Shown here piece by piece: positions 31,948 through 45,321 of a stretch of 64,000 bases of DNA (within the stretch, counting starts at the first letter, position 1; every line of letters begins with the position of its first letter). The stretch lies in contig OZ219787.1 in assembly GCA_964291285.2 (NCBI GenBank), positions 1,664,001 to 1,728,000 of the forward strand. The letters run 5' to 3'. The position numbers and the translations under genes are program-made. The stretch is from Alphaproteobacteria bacterium. GTDB taxonomy: Bacteria; Pseudomonadota; Alphaproteobacteria; Bin95. Below the pieces are notes generated by a model that saw nothing but the letters and a program-made list of their open reading frames with translations, was not told where the DNA came from and searched no databases.

Positions 31948-33069
31948 CTACAGCGCCGCGTAGCGCCTGAGGTGGTAGTCGTTGTCGCCGAAGCTGCGGT
32001 CGATCATGGTGAGGCGTTTGAAGTAGTGGCCGGCGGCGTATTCGTCGGTCATGCCGATGCCGCCGTGAAGCTGGATCGACTGCTGGCCGACGAAGCGGGC
32101 CGACTTGCCGATCTGCACCTTGGCGGCAGACATGGCCTTCTTGCGGGCGTCCGCATCTTCCTCGTCGACGCGCATGGCCGCCATCATCGCCATCGACTTC
32201 GCTTCCTCATGCGCGATGAACATGTCCACCATGCGGTGCTGGAGGACCTGGAAGCGCCCGATGGGCTGGCCGAACTGCTCGCGCGTCTTGAGGTATTCGA
32301 GCGTCATCTCGTTCAGCGTGCCCATCAGGCCGACCGCCTCCGCCGACACCGCGGCAATGGCGCGGTCCACGACCTCCTCGACGGTGGCAAGCCCGCCGTC
32401 CACTTCGCCGAGCACAGCGCCCGGTGTGCCGTCCAGCGTTACTTCGCCGGCCCGGAGGCCGTCAGCGGTCGGATAGCCGCGCACGGAGAGGCCGGGCGCA
32501 TCCCTGTCCACCAGAAAGAGCGTGATGCCGTCCGCGTCGCGCGAGCCGCCCGCCGTGCGCGCCGACACGACGAACCGGTCGGCCGTCGGCGCGCCGAACA
32601 CGACGCTCTTCATGCCGGAGAGCCTGTAGCCGCTATTGGCCGCCTCGGCACGGACCTCGACATCCTGGAGGTTGTAGCGGGCCTGGCGCTCGGCAAACGC
32701 GAAGGCGAGCTTGCACTTGCCCTCCGCAACGGCCGGCAGGATTTCGGCCTTCTGCTCGTCAGACCCGGCAGCCGCAACCGCGCCGCCGCCCATGACCACG
32801 GTGGAGAGATAGGGCTCCGCCACCAGCCCGTTGCCGATGGCCTCCATGACGACCATCGTCTCGACGCCGGACATGCCAAGGCCGCCATGCTCCTCCGGGA
32901 AGGGGATGCCGAGCCAGCCGAGTTCGGCGAATTGCCGCCAGTGCCCGTCGGAATAGCCTTGTTCGGTGGCCACCAATTGGCGCCGCGCCTCGAAGCTGTA
33001 GTTCTCGCGCACGAAGCGCTGCACGCTCTCCTGCAGGAGCTGCTGGTCCTCGGAATAGTCGAAGTCCAT
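31948..33069 (-). CDS. Acyl-CoA dehydrogenase (PimD-like subunit)
   Basis: W..FAELGWLG, REQFGQPIGRFQ.LQH, QLHGGIGMT.E. Confidence 0.9.
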   Translation of the reverse strand: MDFDYSEDQQLLQESVQRFVRENYSFEARRQLVATEQGYSDGHWRQFAELGWLGIPFPEEHGGLGMSGVETMVVMEAIGNGLVAEPYLSTVVMGGGAVAAAGSDEQKAEILPAVAEGKCKLAFAFAERQARYNLQDVEVRAEAANSGYRLSGMKSVVFGAPTADRFVVSARTAGGSRDADGITLFLVDRDAPGLSVRGYPTADGLRAGEVTLDGTPGAVLGEVDGGLATVEEVVDRAIAAVSAEAVGLMGTLNEMTLEYLKTREQFGQPIGRFQVLQHRMVDMFIAHEEAKSMAMMAAMRVDEEDADARKKAMSAAKVQIGKSARFVGQQSIQLHGGIGMTDEYAAGHYFKRLTMIDRSFGDNDYHLRRYAAL

Positions 33070-33117
33070 GGCTTGTCCCTGTTCCTTCCCGTCCTCGGGT
33101 GCCGTCTCCGGAAACGC

Positions 33118-34287
33118 CTAAAGGCCGAGCACGGCCTTGGCGATGATATTGCGCTGGATCTCGTTCGAGCCGCCATAGATGGAGGCCTTGCGCCAGTCGA
33201 AGTAGAAGGCCGTGGCCCCGGCTGCCTCGCTCGAGCCGACCGGCGGCTCGTTCCAGCCCTGGGCGAGCGCGCGCTCGATGAAGGGATGCGCGAAATAACC
33301 CTGCGCCTCCATCAGCAGTTCCATCACGTCCTGCTGGATTTCGGTGCCGCGTATCTTGAGCAGCGAGGCTTCCGGTCCGATCTCGTCGTCGGCCTCCTTC
33401 GCCGCCACCATGCGCAGGAAGGACCAGCGCAGATCCTCCAGCGCGGCGCCCGTCTCCGCGATGCGGCGCGAGAACTCCGGGTCGCGCCCGTCGTCAATCT
33501 CCTCCAGCCGGTCGAGCCGCTGGCGGCACAGCCCGACGCCGGCCGTGCCGGAGCGCTCGTGCCCGAGCAGATATTTGGCGCAGGTCCACCCCTTGCCCTC
33601 GTCGTAAATGCGCTCGGAGACCGGCACGCGGACATCCTCGAAGATCACCTCGTTGAAGTCCGACATGCGGCTGAAACGCTCGATCGGGCGCACCGTCACT
33701 CCGGGCAGGCTCATGTCGATCAGCAGGACCGAGATGCCGTCCTGCTTCTTGCCGGAACTGTCGGTGCGCACCAGCGCGAAGCACCAGTCCGCCCAGTCGG
33801 CGTTGGTCGTCCAGATCTTGCGGCCGTTGACGATGTAGTGGTCGCCGTCGCGCACCGCCCGGCAGGCGAGCGAGGCCAGGTCCGAGCCGGAATTCGGCTC
33901 CGAATAGCCCTGGCACCAGATGGTCTCGCTGGAAAGGATACCCGGCAGGTGGCGTGCCTTTTGCTCCTCGGTGCCGAAGGCGAGCAGCACGGGACCCACC
34001 ATTTGCGGGCCGAAGGGCACCGGCCCCGGCGCACAGGCGAGGTAGCTTTCCTCCTCGAAGATGAACCTCTGCGACGCCGTCCAGCCCGGCCCGCCGGCGG
34101 CTTCCGGCCAGTTGGCGCACATCCAGCCGCGCTCGGAGACGGCGCGCATCCAGTCCACGACATCCTCGCGCGTGAGGTGGCTGCCGTCCCTTACCTTGTC
34201 GCGTACATCCTGCGGAAGCCGCTCCCGGATGAAGGCGCGCACCTCGTCGCGGAAGGCGCGGTCCCGGTCGGTTATTTCGATCTGCAT
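33118..34287 (-). CDS. Acyl-CoA dehydrogenase (PimC-like subunit)
   Basis: WCQGYSEPNSGSDLASL, NGRKIWTT, SIYGGSNEIQRNII. Confidence 0.92.
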   Translation of the reverse strand: MQIEITDRDRAFRDEVRAFIRERLPQDVRDKVRDGSHLTREDVVDWMRAVSERGWMCANWPEAAGGPGWTASQRFIFEEESYLACAPGPVPFGPQMVGPVLLAFGTEEQKARHLPGILSSETIWCQGYSEPNSGSDLASLACRAVRDGDHYIVNGRKIWTTNADWADWCFALVRTDSSGKKQDGISVLLIDMSLPGVTVRPIERFSRMSDFNEVIFEDVRVPVSERIYDEGKGWTCAKYLLGHERSGTAGVGLCRQRLDRLEEIDDGRDPEFSRRIAETGAALEDLRWSFLRMVAAKEADDEIGPEASLLKIRGTEIQQDVMELLMEAQGYFAHPFIERALAQGWNEPPVGSSEAAGATAFYFDWRKASIYGGSNEIQRNIIAKAVLGL

Positions 34288-34371
34288 GATCGTCCCTCCC
34301 TCACCCGAGTCGGAAGCTAGGGCCTGCGCCCCGCCAAGACAAGCGGCCGCGGCCTTCCACGACCTCGTCAG

Positions 34372-34713
34372 TCAGAACATCCGCCCGCCGTCGGGAACCG
34401 GGCGTTCGGGGGCGAGAAGCACCACCTCGCCGTCCTTGTCGGGGAAGCCCAGCACCAGCACTTCCGACATGAACTTGCCGATCTGCTTTGCCGGGAAATT
34501 GACCACGCCCGCCACCTGGCGGCCGACCAGCGCTTCCGGCGCATAGTGGGCCGTCAGCTGGGCGGAGGTCTTGCGCTCGCCGATCCCGGGGCCGAAATCG
34601 ACCCAGAGCTTGATCGAGGGCCGGCGCGCTTCGGGATAGGGCTCCGCGCGCGTGACGGTGCCGACCCGGATATCGATCTTCAGAAAATCCTCGAACGCTA
34701 TCGTCACCCTCAT
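34372..34713 (-). CDS. csaA: tRNA-binding protein CsaA
   Basis: FEDF.KIDIRVG, SAQLT.HY, VVNFP.KQIG.FMSEVLVLG. Confidence 0.9.
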   Translation of the reverse strand: MRVTIAFEDFLKIDIRVGTVTRAEPYPEARRPSIKLWVDFGPGIGERKTSAQLTAHYAPEALVGRQVAGVVNFPAKQIGKFMSEVLVLGFPDKDGEVVLLAPERPVPDGGRMF

Positions 34714-34797
34714 TCCCCCCGCCCCGGAGCGGCGCGGACCATGGCGCAGGAGCGGCCCCGCCGCAAGATACCCGGCTGCGGGCATGCAGAACTGCCT

Positions 34798-34974
34798 TCA
34801 GGCGCCGTCTTCGGGCTCATCGAGGCGTTTGCCGTCGAGTTCCCGTTCGCGGCGCGGCGCATCCGGGTCCGGACGGGCTGCGCTCCGCTGAGCGCGCCGC
34901 TCCTTCGCCTTCCGTTTTCTGGACGCGCGGGCGGCGGCCTTGCGCGCCTTGTTCAGATTGACGATCTCCGCCAC
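34798..34974 (-). CDS. DUF4169-family small protein (58 aa, not in ORF track)
   Basis: GTG start; MAEIVNLNKARKAAAR...RELDGKRL. Confidence 0.75.
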   Translation of the reverse strand: MAEIVNLNKARKAAARASRKRKAKERRAQRSAARPDPDAPRRERELDGKRLDEPEDGA

Positions 34975-35039
34975 CGGCTCGTCCGCTTCGTGTAGATTCC
35001 GGCAGTCGCCGGTCCGGACCCTATCACCGCGGGAGCCCG

Positions 35040-37835
35040 ATGCGCAGACTTTCCGTCATCGCGATCGCCGTTATGCTGGCCGCTGCCGGCCTTGCGGCCG
35101 TTGCGTGGCAGGGTCCGCGCGCTCTCGACTGGTCCCATCTGGAGCCGCGCCTCCAGGAAGCGCTGGGCCGGGAGGTTTCCCTGGACGGCCCGGTCCGGCT
35201 GGACCTGTTGCCAAGGCCCGTTCTGACGGTTGGCGGCATCTCCGCCATCGACATCGGCGTGAGGGAGGCGAGGGCGGTTCTGGATATCGGGGCTTTGCTG
35301 GCCGGCAGCCTTGAGATCGACAGGCTGGAGTTCTCCGGCGTCGAGCTGACCTTCGACCGGTCCTTCGTGAGGCCGCTGCCGCCGCTTCCCGCGCAGCACA
35401 TCCGTTTCGAGGACAGCAGCATCGCTTTCGGGGATGCGGTCGTGCCTGTCGAAACCGCGATATTGACGGTCAGGGGGCCGGAAGGCCCGTACCGGCTGGA
35501 AGCGAAAGCGGCGCTGGACGGCCGGCCTGTCGATGTCACGGGCTCGGTCGGGAAATGGCGGGACCGCACATCCGTTACCGTTTCTGTCGGCGATGGCGGC
35601 ATTGAGGCGGTCGCCGCCGGCGCGGTCGAGAAGAACCCGGCAGCAGGTTTTGTCTTCTCCGGGCGGTTCTCCCTGCGAGGAGCCGCCGGGTCGGCATGGA
35701 ACGGCACATTTGATTCTGAGTTCCTGCTCGGTCCCGACGGGGCCCGCTTCACGGGCATCGATGCCGTTGCCGCGGACCAGCGTTTCACCGGCGCGATTCG
35801 GGCAGACTGGCGGGGAGGTACCGAGATCGACGCGCGCCTCTTCACGCGTACGCTGCTTTTCGACAGGTGGCGCGACCTGCTGCCGCAACTCACCGGTTGG
35901 ACGCCGGGTGCGAGCCTGCGGCTGGCGCTCAATGCCGGCGCCGTCAAGTTCGGCGACCGGACGGCGCGAAAGGTCGAAGCGGCGTTTCAGGGCGACGCGG
36001 ACGGGTTCCGGATGGAACGCCTGGCCGCAGTGCTGCCGGGGGGAACGCGGGTGGAAATGGCGGGAAAGGGGCATCAGAGCGCCGCCTTCTCGCTGAAGAC
36101 GAGAAACCTGCGCGCCCTGCTGCAGTGGCTCGGGATCGACCCCGGCGCGGTGGAGGAAGCGCGCCTGCGCGGCCTGGAAGCGAATGGACGGTTGCGGCTC
36201 GCCGGACGCGGGGTCTCGCCGGAGGCGCTGCGGGCGCGGTTCGAAAGCGCCGATTTTGCGATCGAGGAGGTTCGCGGGCGTTTCGACGGCGCCCGGATTG
36301 AAGGCGGTTTCGGGCGGCGGGAGGGACAATTCGAAGCCCGGCTGGAAGCCGAAGACCTGCCGCTCGACGCCTACAGGCCGGCTTTGGAAGGCCGCGGCCT
36401 GTATCCGGGCAGGCTGCATCTGGACCTTGCGCGGACGCGGTTGCTCGGCGTTCCCGCAGCCAGGATGCAACTGGCCGCCGAAGCGGGAGAGGACGGAGAC
36501 ATCGTCCTGACCCGGCTGGCCGTCGAGGGCGCGGGCGGCGTCTCGGGCGAGGCGAGCGGCAGGTTCGGCGGTAAAACCGCTTCGTTTCAGGTCGCCGGCC
36601 GGACGACTGACCTCGACCGCAGCGCCCGTCTTTACGGCTTGCCGTTCCCTGTTGTCGCGAGAGGTCTGGGCGCTGTCGAATTCGAAGGCCGCGGCGACGG
36701 CCAGTCAGACCTGCTGCCGATAGACGTCCGCGCCGAGGCCGGCGGCCGGTCGCTGCGTCTCTCGGGCGAGCTCGCCGAACGGAGGCGCTTCGCGGGGCGC
36801 GTCGAGTTCGCAGGTCCGCTGCCGCCGCGTCTGCAGCCGCCGGGCAGCGACAGTCCCGCAATGGTGGCGGCGTCGGTGTCGGCCGGACGCGACCGCGCGG
36901 ATTTCACGGATATCGATATCCGTCTCGGCGCGGTTCGGGCGCAGGGAACCGGCTCCGTCTCGCTGGGCGGCGCGCGGCCGGCGGCGCAGGTCGCGCTGGC
37001 GGCGGGCCGCGTCGATTTGCCTGCGCCTTCCCCGAATGTCCCGGTCTGGCGGCGCAGGCCGTTCGAAACCGGCCGATTCGGGGCATTCGACCTGGAGCTG
37101 GACCTCGGGGTGGAAGCGCTCGGCATCGGCGCGGAGACACTGGAAGACGTGAGGCTCGACCTTTCGCTCTCCCCCGAGGCGTGGCTGGTGAAGGCTGCCA
37201 CAGCGGACTGGCGGGGCGGGCGGCTCGCATTCGACGGCGGCTATCTGGCCGAGGGCGGGCGCGCGGGGATCAGGCTGGAATTGCGCGACGCCCTCCTGCC
37301 GGACCGTGCCGGCCTTGGTCCGAGCGGCGCGCGGGCCGACGCGCTTCTGGATCTGGCAGCGGAAGGCCGCAGCCCGCATGGCCTCGTGTCGACGCTTTCA
37401 GGCAAGGCGCGGTTCGAATTTTCGGGCGGGCGGCTGAACGGCCTCGACCCGGCCGCGGCGCAGAGCGCGCTGGATGAAGCGCCGAGCGCGGCCGAACTCC
37501 TGCGCCGTCTGCGACGGGCGCTGGTTTCCGGAAGCGGACAACTTGTCTCCGGACGCCTCGAGGCCCGCATGGAGAGCGGCGTTGCCAGGCCCGTCGCAGG
37601 GAGCATTGCGCTTGCGGCCGGGCGGGTTGCGGTTTCCGGGTCTGCCGATCTGGGGCGCCGCCTTTTGGACCTCACCGGCCGGCTTGCCTTTCCGGACCGG
37701 CCGGATACGCCGCCGCTCGGGTTCTCGGTGGCCGGCCCGCTGCACGATCCCGACCGCCTGCCGGAAGTGGAGGGCGTCGAGGCGCTGCTGCTCTCCGAGG
37801 GGCTGGCGGGCCTCGTCAGACCGAACGCGAACTGA
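35040..37835 (+). CDS. AsmA-family protein
   Basis: N-terminal anchor, ALGREV.LDG..RLDLLPRP, C-terminal GRS..GLVSTLSG...G.L.G.D and GPL.DP. Confidence 0.8.
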   Translation: MRRLSVIAIAVMLAAAGLAAVAWQGPRALDWSHLEPRLQEALGREVSLDGPVRLDLLPRPVLTVGGISAIDIGVREARAVLDIGALLAGSLEIDRLEFSGVELTFDRSFVRPLPPLPAQHIRFEDSSIAFGDAVVPVETAILTVRGPEGPYRLEAKAALDGRPVDVTGSVGKWRDRTSVTVSVGDGGIEAVAAGAVEKNPAAGFVFSGRFSLRGAAGSAWNGTFDSEFLLGPDGARFTGIDAVAADQRFTGAIRADWRGGTEIDARLFTRTLLFDRWRDLLPQLTGWTPGASLRLALNAGAVKFGDRTARKVEAAFQGDADGFRMERLAAVLPGGTRVEMAGKGHQSAAFSLKTRNLRALLQWLGIDPGAVEEARLRGLEANGRLRLAGRGVSPEALRARFESADFAIEEVRGRFDGARIEGGFGRREGQFEARLEAEDLPLDAYRPALEGRGLYPGRLHLDLARTRLLGVPAARMQLAAEAGEDGDIVLTRLAVEGAGGVSGEASGRFGGKTASFQVAGRTTDLDRSARLYGLPFPVVARGLGAVEFEGRGDGQSDLLPIDVRAEAGGRSLRLSGELAERRRFAGRVEFAGPLPPRLQPPGSDSPAMVAASVSAGRDRADFTDIDIRLGAVRAQGTGSVSLGGARPAAQVALAAGRVDLPAPSPNVPVWRRRPFETGRFGAFDLELDLGVEALGIGAETLEDVRLDLSLSPEAWLVKAATADWRGGRLAFDGGYLAEGGRAGIRLELRDALLPDRAGLGPSGARADALLDLAAEGRSPHGLVSTLSGKARFEFSGGRLNGLDPAAAQSALDEAPSAAELLRRLRRALVSGSGQLVSGRLEARMESGVARPVAGSIALAAGRVAVSGSADLGRRLLDLTGRLAFPDRPDTPPLGFSVAGPLHDPDRLPEVEGVEALLLSEGLAGLVRPNAN

Positions 37836-39033
37836 GCCGGACCGCGCGCATGCCTGCGGCCTGCAGGGCTTCCAGCACCTGGCCGACATGGGCCTCGTCG
37901 CGCGTTTCGAGCGCAACCTCGATGTCGGTCAGCTTGATCGGCACATCCTCGAACCAGCGCTGGTGCTGGACATCGACGATATTGCCGCCCGCGCTCGCGA
38001 TGGCCGCGGCGGCGCGGGCAAGCCCGCCGGGCTGGTCCTGTATCTCGATGCGCAGCCGGACGAGCCGTCCGCTCCGCACAAGGCCGCGCATCAACACGGA
38101 GGCGAGTATGCGCGCGTCGATATTGCCGCCCGAGACGACGAGGCCGACGCGCCGGCCGCGGAAACGCTCGGGATGGGAGAGCACCGCGGCGAGCGCCGCA
38201 GCTCCCGCGCCCTCCGCCACGGTCTTCTCGATTTCGGCGAGCAGTTGCACACCGTGCTCCATGGCCGCCTCGTCCACCAGCAGGATGTCCTCGACCAGCT
38301 CGCGCACCAGCGGCAGGGTGAGCGCGCCCGGCCGCTTGACGGCGATGCCTTCGGCGATGGTCGGGCCGCCCGGCGGCGCCGGCAGGTCCCTGAGCGCGTG
38401 GTGCATCGAGGGATAGCCGGACGCCTCGACGCCGATCACGCGGGTCTCCGGGCTGAGGCCCCTTGCAGCAATAGCAATGCCCGCGATGAGCCCGCCGCCG
38501 CCGATGGGCACAACAAGGAAGTCGAGGCCGGGCACGGCGCGCAGCATTTCGAGCCCCACCGTGCCCTGGCCCGCAACGATGCGCGCATCGTCATAGGGAT
38601 GCACGAAAGTGAGGCCCTCCGCCTCCGCACGCTCGTGAATGAACGTCTCGCCCTCGGCGATGGTCTCGCCTCTCAGGATCACTTCCGCACCGAGGAACTC
38701 CGCCGCCCGGACCTTGCTGAACGGCGTCGCCTCCGGCATCACGATGGTGGCCGGAACGCCCATCCGCGCGGCGTGGTAGGCGACGCCCTGGGCATGGTTG
38801 CCGGCAGAAAGCGCAATGACCCCCGCCCGGCGCTGGGCTTCGTCGAGCCCGGCGAGGTAGATAAAGGCTCCCCGGTCCTTGAAGGAGGCGGTGTATTGCC
38901 GGTTCTCGAATTTCAGGAACAGATCGGCCCCGGAAATCGCGCTCAGCGTTTCCGAACGGAGGAAGGGGGTGCGGACGATGCGTCCTTCCAGCAGGCGGTC
39001 GGCCGCTTCGATGTCTGCGAAGGAAACGCTCAT
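37816..39033 (-). CDS. Threonine ammonia-lyase with C-terminal ACT domain
   Basis: KFENRQ.TASFKDRGA, SAGNHAQG, PIGGGGL, SGGNID. Confidence 0.93.
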   Translation of the reverse strand: MSVSFADIEAADRLLEGRIVRTPFLRSETLSAISGADLFLKFENRQYTASFKDRGAFIYLAGLDEAQRRAGVIALSAGNHAQGVAYHAARMGVPATIVMPEATPFSKVRAAEFLGAEVILRGETIAEGETFIHERAEAEGLTFVHPYDDARIVAGQGTVGLEMLRAVPGLDFLVVPIGGGGLIAGIAIAARGLSPETRVIGVEASGYPSMHHALRDLPAPPGGPTIAEGIAVKRPGALTLPLVRELVEDILLVDEAAMEHGVQLLAEIEKTVAEGAGAAALAAVLSHPERFRGRRVGLVVSGGNIDARILASVLMRGLVRSGRLVRLRIEIQDQPGGLARAAAAIASAGGNIVDVQHQRWFEDVPIKLTDIEVALETRDEAHVGQVLEALQAAGMRAVRLSSRSV

Positions 39034-39379
39034 TCGGGCCGCAGAATCAGGTGATGGACCGGCGCCCGGGCCGGGTCAAGGGAGATATAAGCGCCGTCCC
39101 GCCAGAGTTCCACAAGATCGTCGTAATGCGGTGAGAACGGGTTGCCCGACTGGCCGACGGCCTGCATGAACCGGGACCTGTCAGGGTCTTCCAGGTCGTA
39201 TATGGCCCGGTAGCCTGCGCCGTGAGCATGGCGGAACGGGTCGCGTTCATCGCGGAAGCGCGAGCCGCCCCGGTTCACCGTCGTCGGCCCCCCGCTGGTC
39301 GCGATCTCGCGGTTCAGGAGGCCGCCCAACAGCGGAATACGCCCTGCGACCGGGTGCAAGAAGCGGGCGCGGTGCGCCT
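39030..39379 (-). pseudogene. Penicillin acylase family gene, 3' piece
   Basis: AHRARFLHP...GYRAIYDL...GQSGNPFSPHYDD..ELW. Confidence 0.9.
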
Positions 39380-41939
39380 TGTATCTCTCCGGATCGTTGT
39401 TGCAGCTATAGTCGCAACAGCGGGAGCGGACGGGAGACCGCTAGCACCCAGGTTCAGACTTCCTGACCTCGTGACGATGTTTGTTGCGGGCGGCGTTCTG
39501 GGAACTTTTTGAGTTCGGTTCATTTTTCGTCTGTTTCGGCTGATTTTCGCTGGCTGCCGTGTCCAGGTTCGGGTATTTTAATTTGACACTGGATACGAGA
39601 TTTCAACCATGTCGATTACCCTTCCCCTGAGCCCTCCGGAGGCGGTTCCGATCGGCAGCAGTTGTTTCGCCATTCTGATTTCGGACGACAGCTTCACCTA
39701 CTTCTCCAACCTCGTTCCCTTTGACAGCCACGCCGCCGATGACCGCGCGGCCATGCTGTTGCGGATCGGCCGCCTGGCTGCGATCAGCGCGGTCTCGCGG
39801 CAGGATCTGGCCGACGCTTTCGGTGTCTCGCGTGCAACGGTCCAGCGCGCACGACGGCGCTACCTGGCCGAGGGCGAAGCGGAGTTTCTGAAGCCCCGGC
39901 GCGGTCGGGGACCTTCGGTGTTCACGCCGGAGCTGGCGGAGAAAGCGACGGCGTTGCTGGAAGGGGGCCTGAGCGGCTCTGCGGTGGCCCGAGTTCTCGG
40001 CGTGTCAGCGCCGTCGGTCAACAAGTGGCGGCGGCAGGGGGTGATCGGCAACGCGGAGGCGTGTCGGGAGCGCGGCAGCGCGGCAGTGGCGGTGCCGCCT
40101 GACGCGGGTGGGGCGCCCGAGGGCAGTGTCGATGACGAGAGTGCCGGTGCCGCCGGGCCGGCGACGGCAGCGGGGCTGGAGGCGCAGACGGATCGCAGCG
40201 CGCGCGACCGGCGGGACCGGCAGGCGCCGATGGGGCGCGCGACTTGCGATGTCCGGGCTCGGGTGTTGGCCAGCTGCGGGCAGGCGGGACCGGTCGAACC
40301 GCAGTTCACCGCCGCCGCCCGCGGCGTGCGCTTTGGCGGCGTTCTCGCCGCCCTGCCGGCCCTGCTGAAGGAAGGCCTGCTCTGCGAGACCGGCCTCCTG
40401 CCGTTGCTGTCGAAGGGCTACTACGGCCTGCCCACGATCCTGCTCTTCCTGGCCTTCATGACCCTGGCGCGGGTGCGCAACCCCGAGAGCCTGCGCTACC
40501 AGGCACCGGGCGAATGGGGTGCGGTTCTCGGTCTCGACCGCTGCCCCGAGGTCAAGACGCTACGGCGCAAGATCGGGCTCATGGCCAACGACGAAGCCAG
40601 CGTGCAGGCGTGGCAGCTCGCTCTTGCGAGACGCTGGCAGGAGGAGGAGCCCGAGCTCTGGGCGACGCTGGCCGTTGACGGGCACGTCAAGGTCTACGCC
40701 GGCCGCAAGGGGCGCCTGCCCAAACACTTCGTCTCGCGCGAGAAGCTGTGCCTGCCGGCGAGCACCAGCTACTGGATCAACGCCTTGGGCGGCAAGCCCC
40801 TGCTGTGCCTGCACAAGCCGCTGGACCCGAAGATGGTCGCCGCGATCGAATCCGACGTGGTGCCGGCGTTGCAGGCGCTCGGGATCGTCGACGCCGGGGC
40901 AGCGGACCTGACCGCCGGGCAGCCCGGCCAGCCCGTGCTCACACTGGTCTTCGACCGCGAGGGCTGGAGCCCGGAGCTGTTTCGCCGGCTGGCCAGGCGC
41001 GGCATTGCCTGCCTGACCTGGCACAAGAACTTCAGGGGCGGGGACTGGCCGGCCGAGGACTTCAGTGCGATGATCGTTCCCATTCACGGACCCGCGGCGA
41101 ACGCCAGCGCCACCATGCTGCTGGCCGAGAAGCCGGTGACGTTGAAGAACGGCTTCAGGGTGCGCCAGATCCGCCGCCTGCTCGACAACGGCCGTCAGGT
41201 TCCGCTGGTCACCACCGATCCGCACAAGCCGGTGGCGGAGGCCGCAGGCGCCTTGTTCTCGCGCTGGTCGCAGGAAAACTTCTTCAAATACATGCGCGAC
41301 GAGTTCAATCTCGACGCCCTGCCGACCCACGAGATCGAGCCTCTCGCTGCCGATACCATGGTCGTCAGCCCGCTGCGGCGGGCCTACGACAAGGCAATCC
41401 GCCGCCTCGACCACCAGCTTGGCCGCCTGCGCAACCGCATCGCCGACGCCGCCCACAGGAAGCAGCCGACGGGCGAACTCAAGAGGGAACTCAGGGACCT
41501 CGAGGGCGGCCGTGAGATTGTCAGATCCAGCCGCAGGGAGGTGCCCACGCACTGCCGGGCCGGCGACCTCGACGAAGCCGGACAGCTCAATGCCTTGCCC
41601 TCACGCGAGCGCCTCCTACTCGACATCATCCGCATGATCGCCTACCGCGCTGAAACCCGCTTGATGCTTCCCGTCATGCAGGCGCAGGGCCACAAGCCCC
41701 ACCCACGGAAACTGCTTCAGGCACTCTTCACCGCCGATGCCGACATCCTGCCGGACCCTGCCAACGGCGTCCTGCGGGTCCGCATTCTCGGCCTCGCAAA
41801 TGACGCCTGCGACCGCCAGATCAAGCCTCTTCTGGCCGAACTCAACGCCACCGAAACGCACTTCCCCGGCAACCGTATGCGCATGGTCTACGAGGTCGGC
41901 ATAACCCCAAAATCCGCGCGCACCGGTGCCAAACAAAAT

Positions 41940-44032
<2,093 letters not shown>

Positions 44033-44049
44033 CCGACAACACAGTCGCT

Positions 44050-45316
44050 CTCCCCAAGGCGGGGTCTCGCTGCCGTAGCGGTTCTGGAGGAACGCAACGG
44101 CGCGGCGGTGCGCCAGCGCGAGCCGATCACGGCAGGTTTCCTTCGGTTTGGTGCGGACATCGTCGCACCAGGCGGGCCGGTCGAGCAGCGTTTGGCGGAG
44201 CACCAGCGGTCGGTACGCCCACCAGTCCTGGAACAGCGGCCCCAGCTCGTCTGCGAATACGGCGCGCATCGCCTCGCGCATCCAGGCCATGTAGATCAGC
44301 GGCTCCGGCCGGTGCCGGTCCATGTCGCCGTCCCAGGCCCGCAGGCGCATATCGGGAACCGCAGCCAGCAGGTGAGGCAGCAATTCGCGCGCCGACAGCG
44401 ACACCGTGTCGTTCTGTATCGCCGCATGGCCCGCTTGCGCATTGAGCAGTTCGTGAATCCTGATCGCGCGGTAGGGCGCATTCCATTCGCGGCCGAGATA
44501 GTAGGGATAGGTCTCGTCCACGAGGCGGTTATTGGCGTTGACGATGCGCCCGGAGCGGGGATCGGTCCGCCGCGGCAGCCGGTCGAAGGGGATGAGACGG
44601 GACCATGTCGTCTCCCCGGATACTTCGAAGCCGCCGCGCCGGTCCGGAACCCGCCCCGGCGTGACGATTCCGATGCGGCCGGTCCTGTCCGCATAGACGA
44701 TGTTCTGCTGCGGGGAGTGGAAATTGCGAAGGGCGGCAAGGAACCCCGGCCAGTCGCGCGCCCGGTTCAATCGGCCGAGAGCCTCGGCGGTCCGGTCGTC
44801 GTCGCGGAAAGCCGGGCTCTCGACCGCCCAGCCTTCGGGCAGCGCATCGGTGAAATCGGAGACGACCGCGCCCTTCCGGGTGCGGCGCAGTTCAAGTTCG
44901 ACGCTTTCGCCCCAGCGCACCGCCACCTCCTCGCGGCGGATCACGACCACCTCCGGTTGCGTGACGACATCCGCAGTGTCGGTGTAGGGCGTGGTCAGGC
45001 CCCAGGCGATGCTGCCATTGTGGCCGAGCACCATGAAGGGGACGCCCGGCGCCGTAGCGCCCGCCAGCACGCCTTCCGGCGTCTCGATACGCGCCAGATA
45101 CCAGGTGTTCGGGATCGTCAGGCCGAGATGCGGATCGTTGGCAAGCGCCGCCGGGTCGCCTACGGCCCAGACATTCGAGGCGCCGCTGCTGCCGAGGCCC
45201 GGCAGGGTCACGGGATCGTCCACCGAGGTGGGCGGCCACAGGTCTTTTATCTGCTCCGGCGTCAGCCGCTCCGCCATTTGCGCGCGCAGCGCCTCGGCCC
45301 GCCAATTGCCGATCAG
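44050..45316 (-). pseudogene. Penicillin acylase family gene, middle piece
   Basis: GASNVWAV (Ntn catalytic Ser), ANDPHL, GHNGSIAWG.T, PQQNIVYAD, NANN. Confidence 0.92.
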
Positions 45317-45321
45317 CCTGA

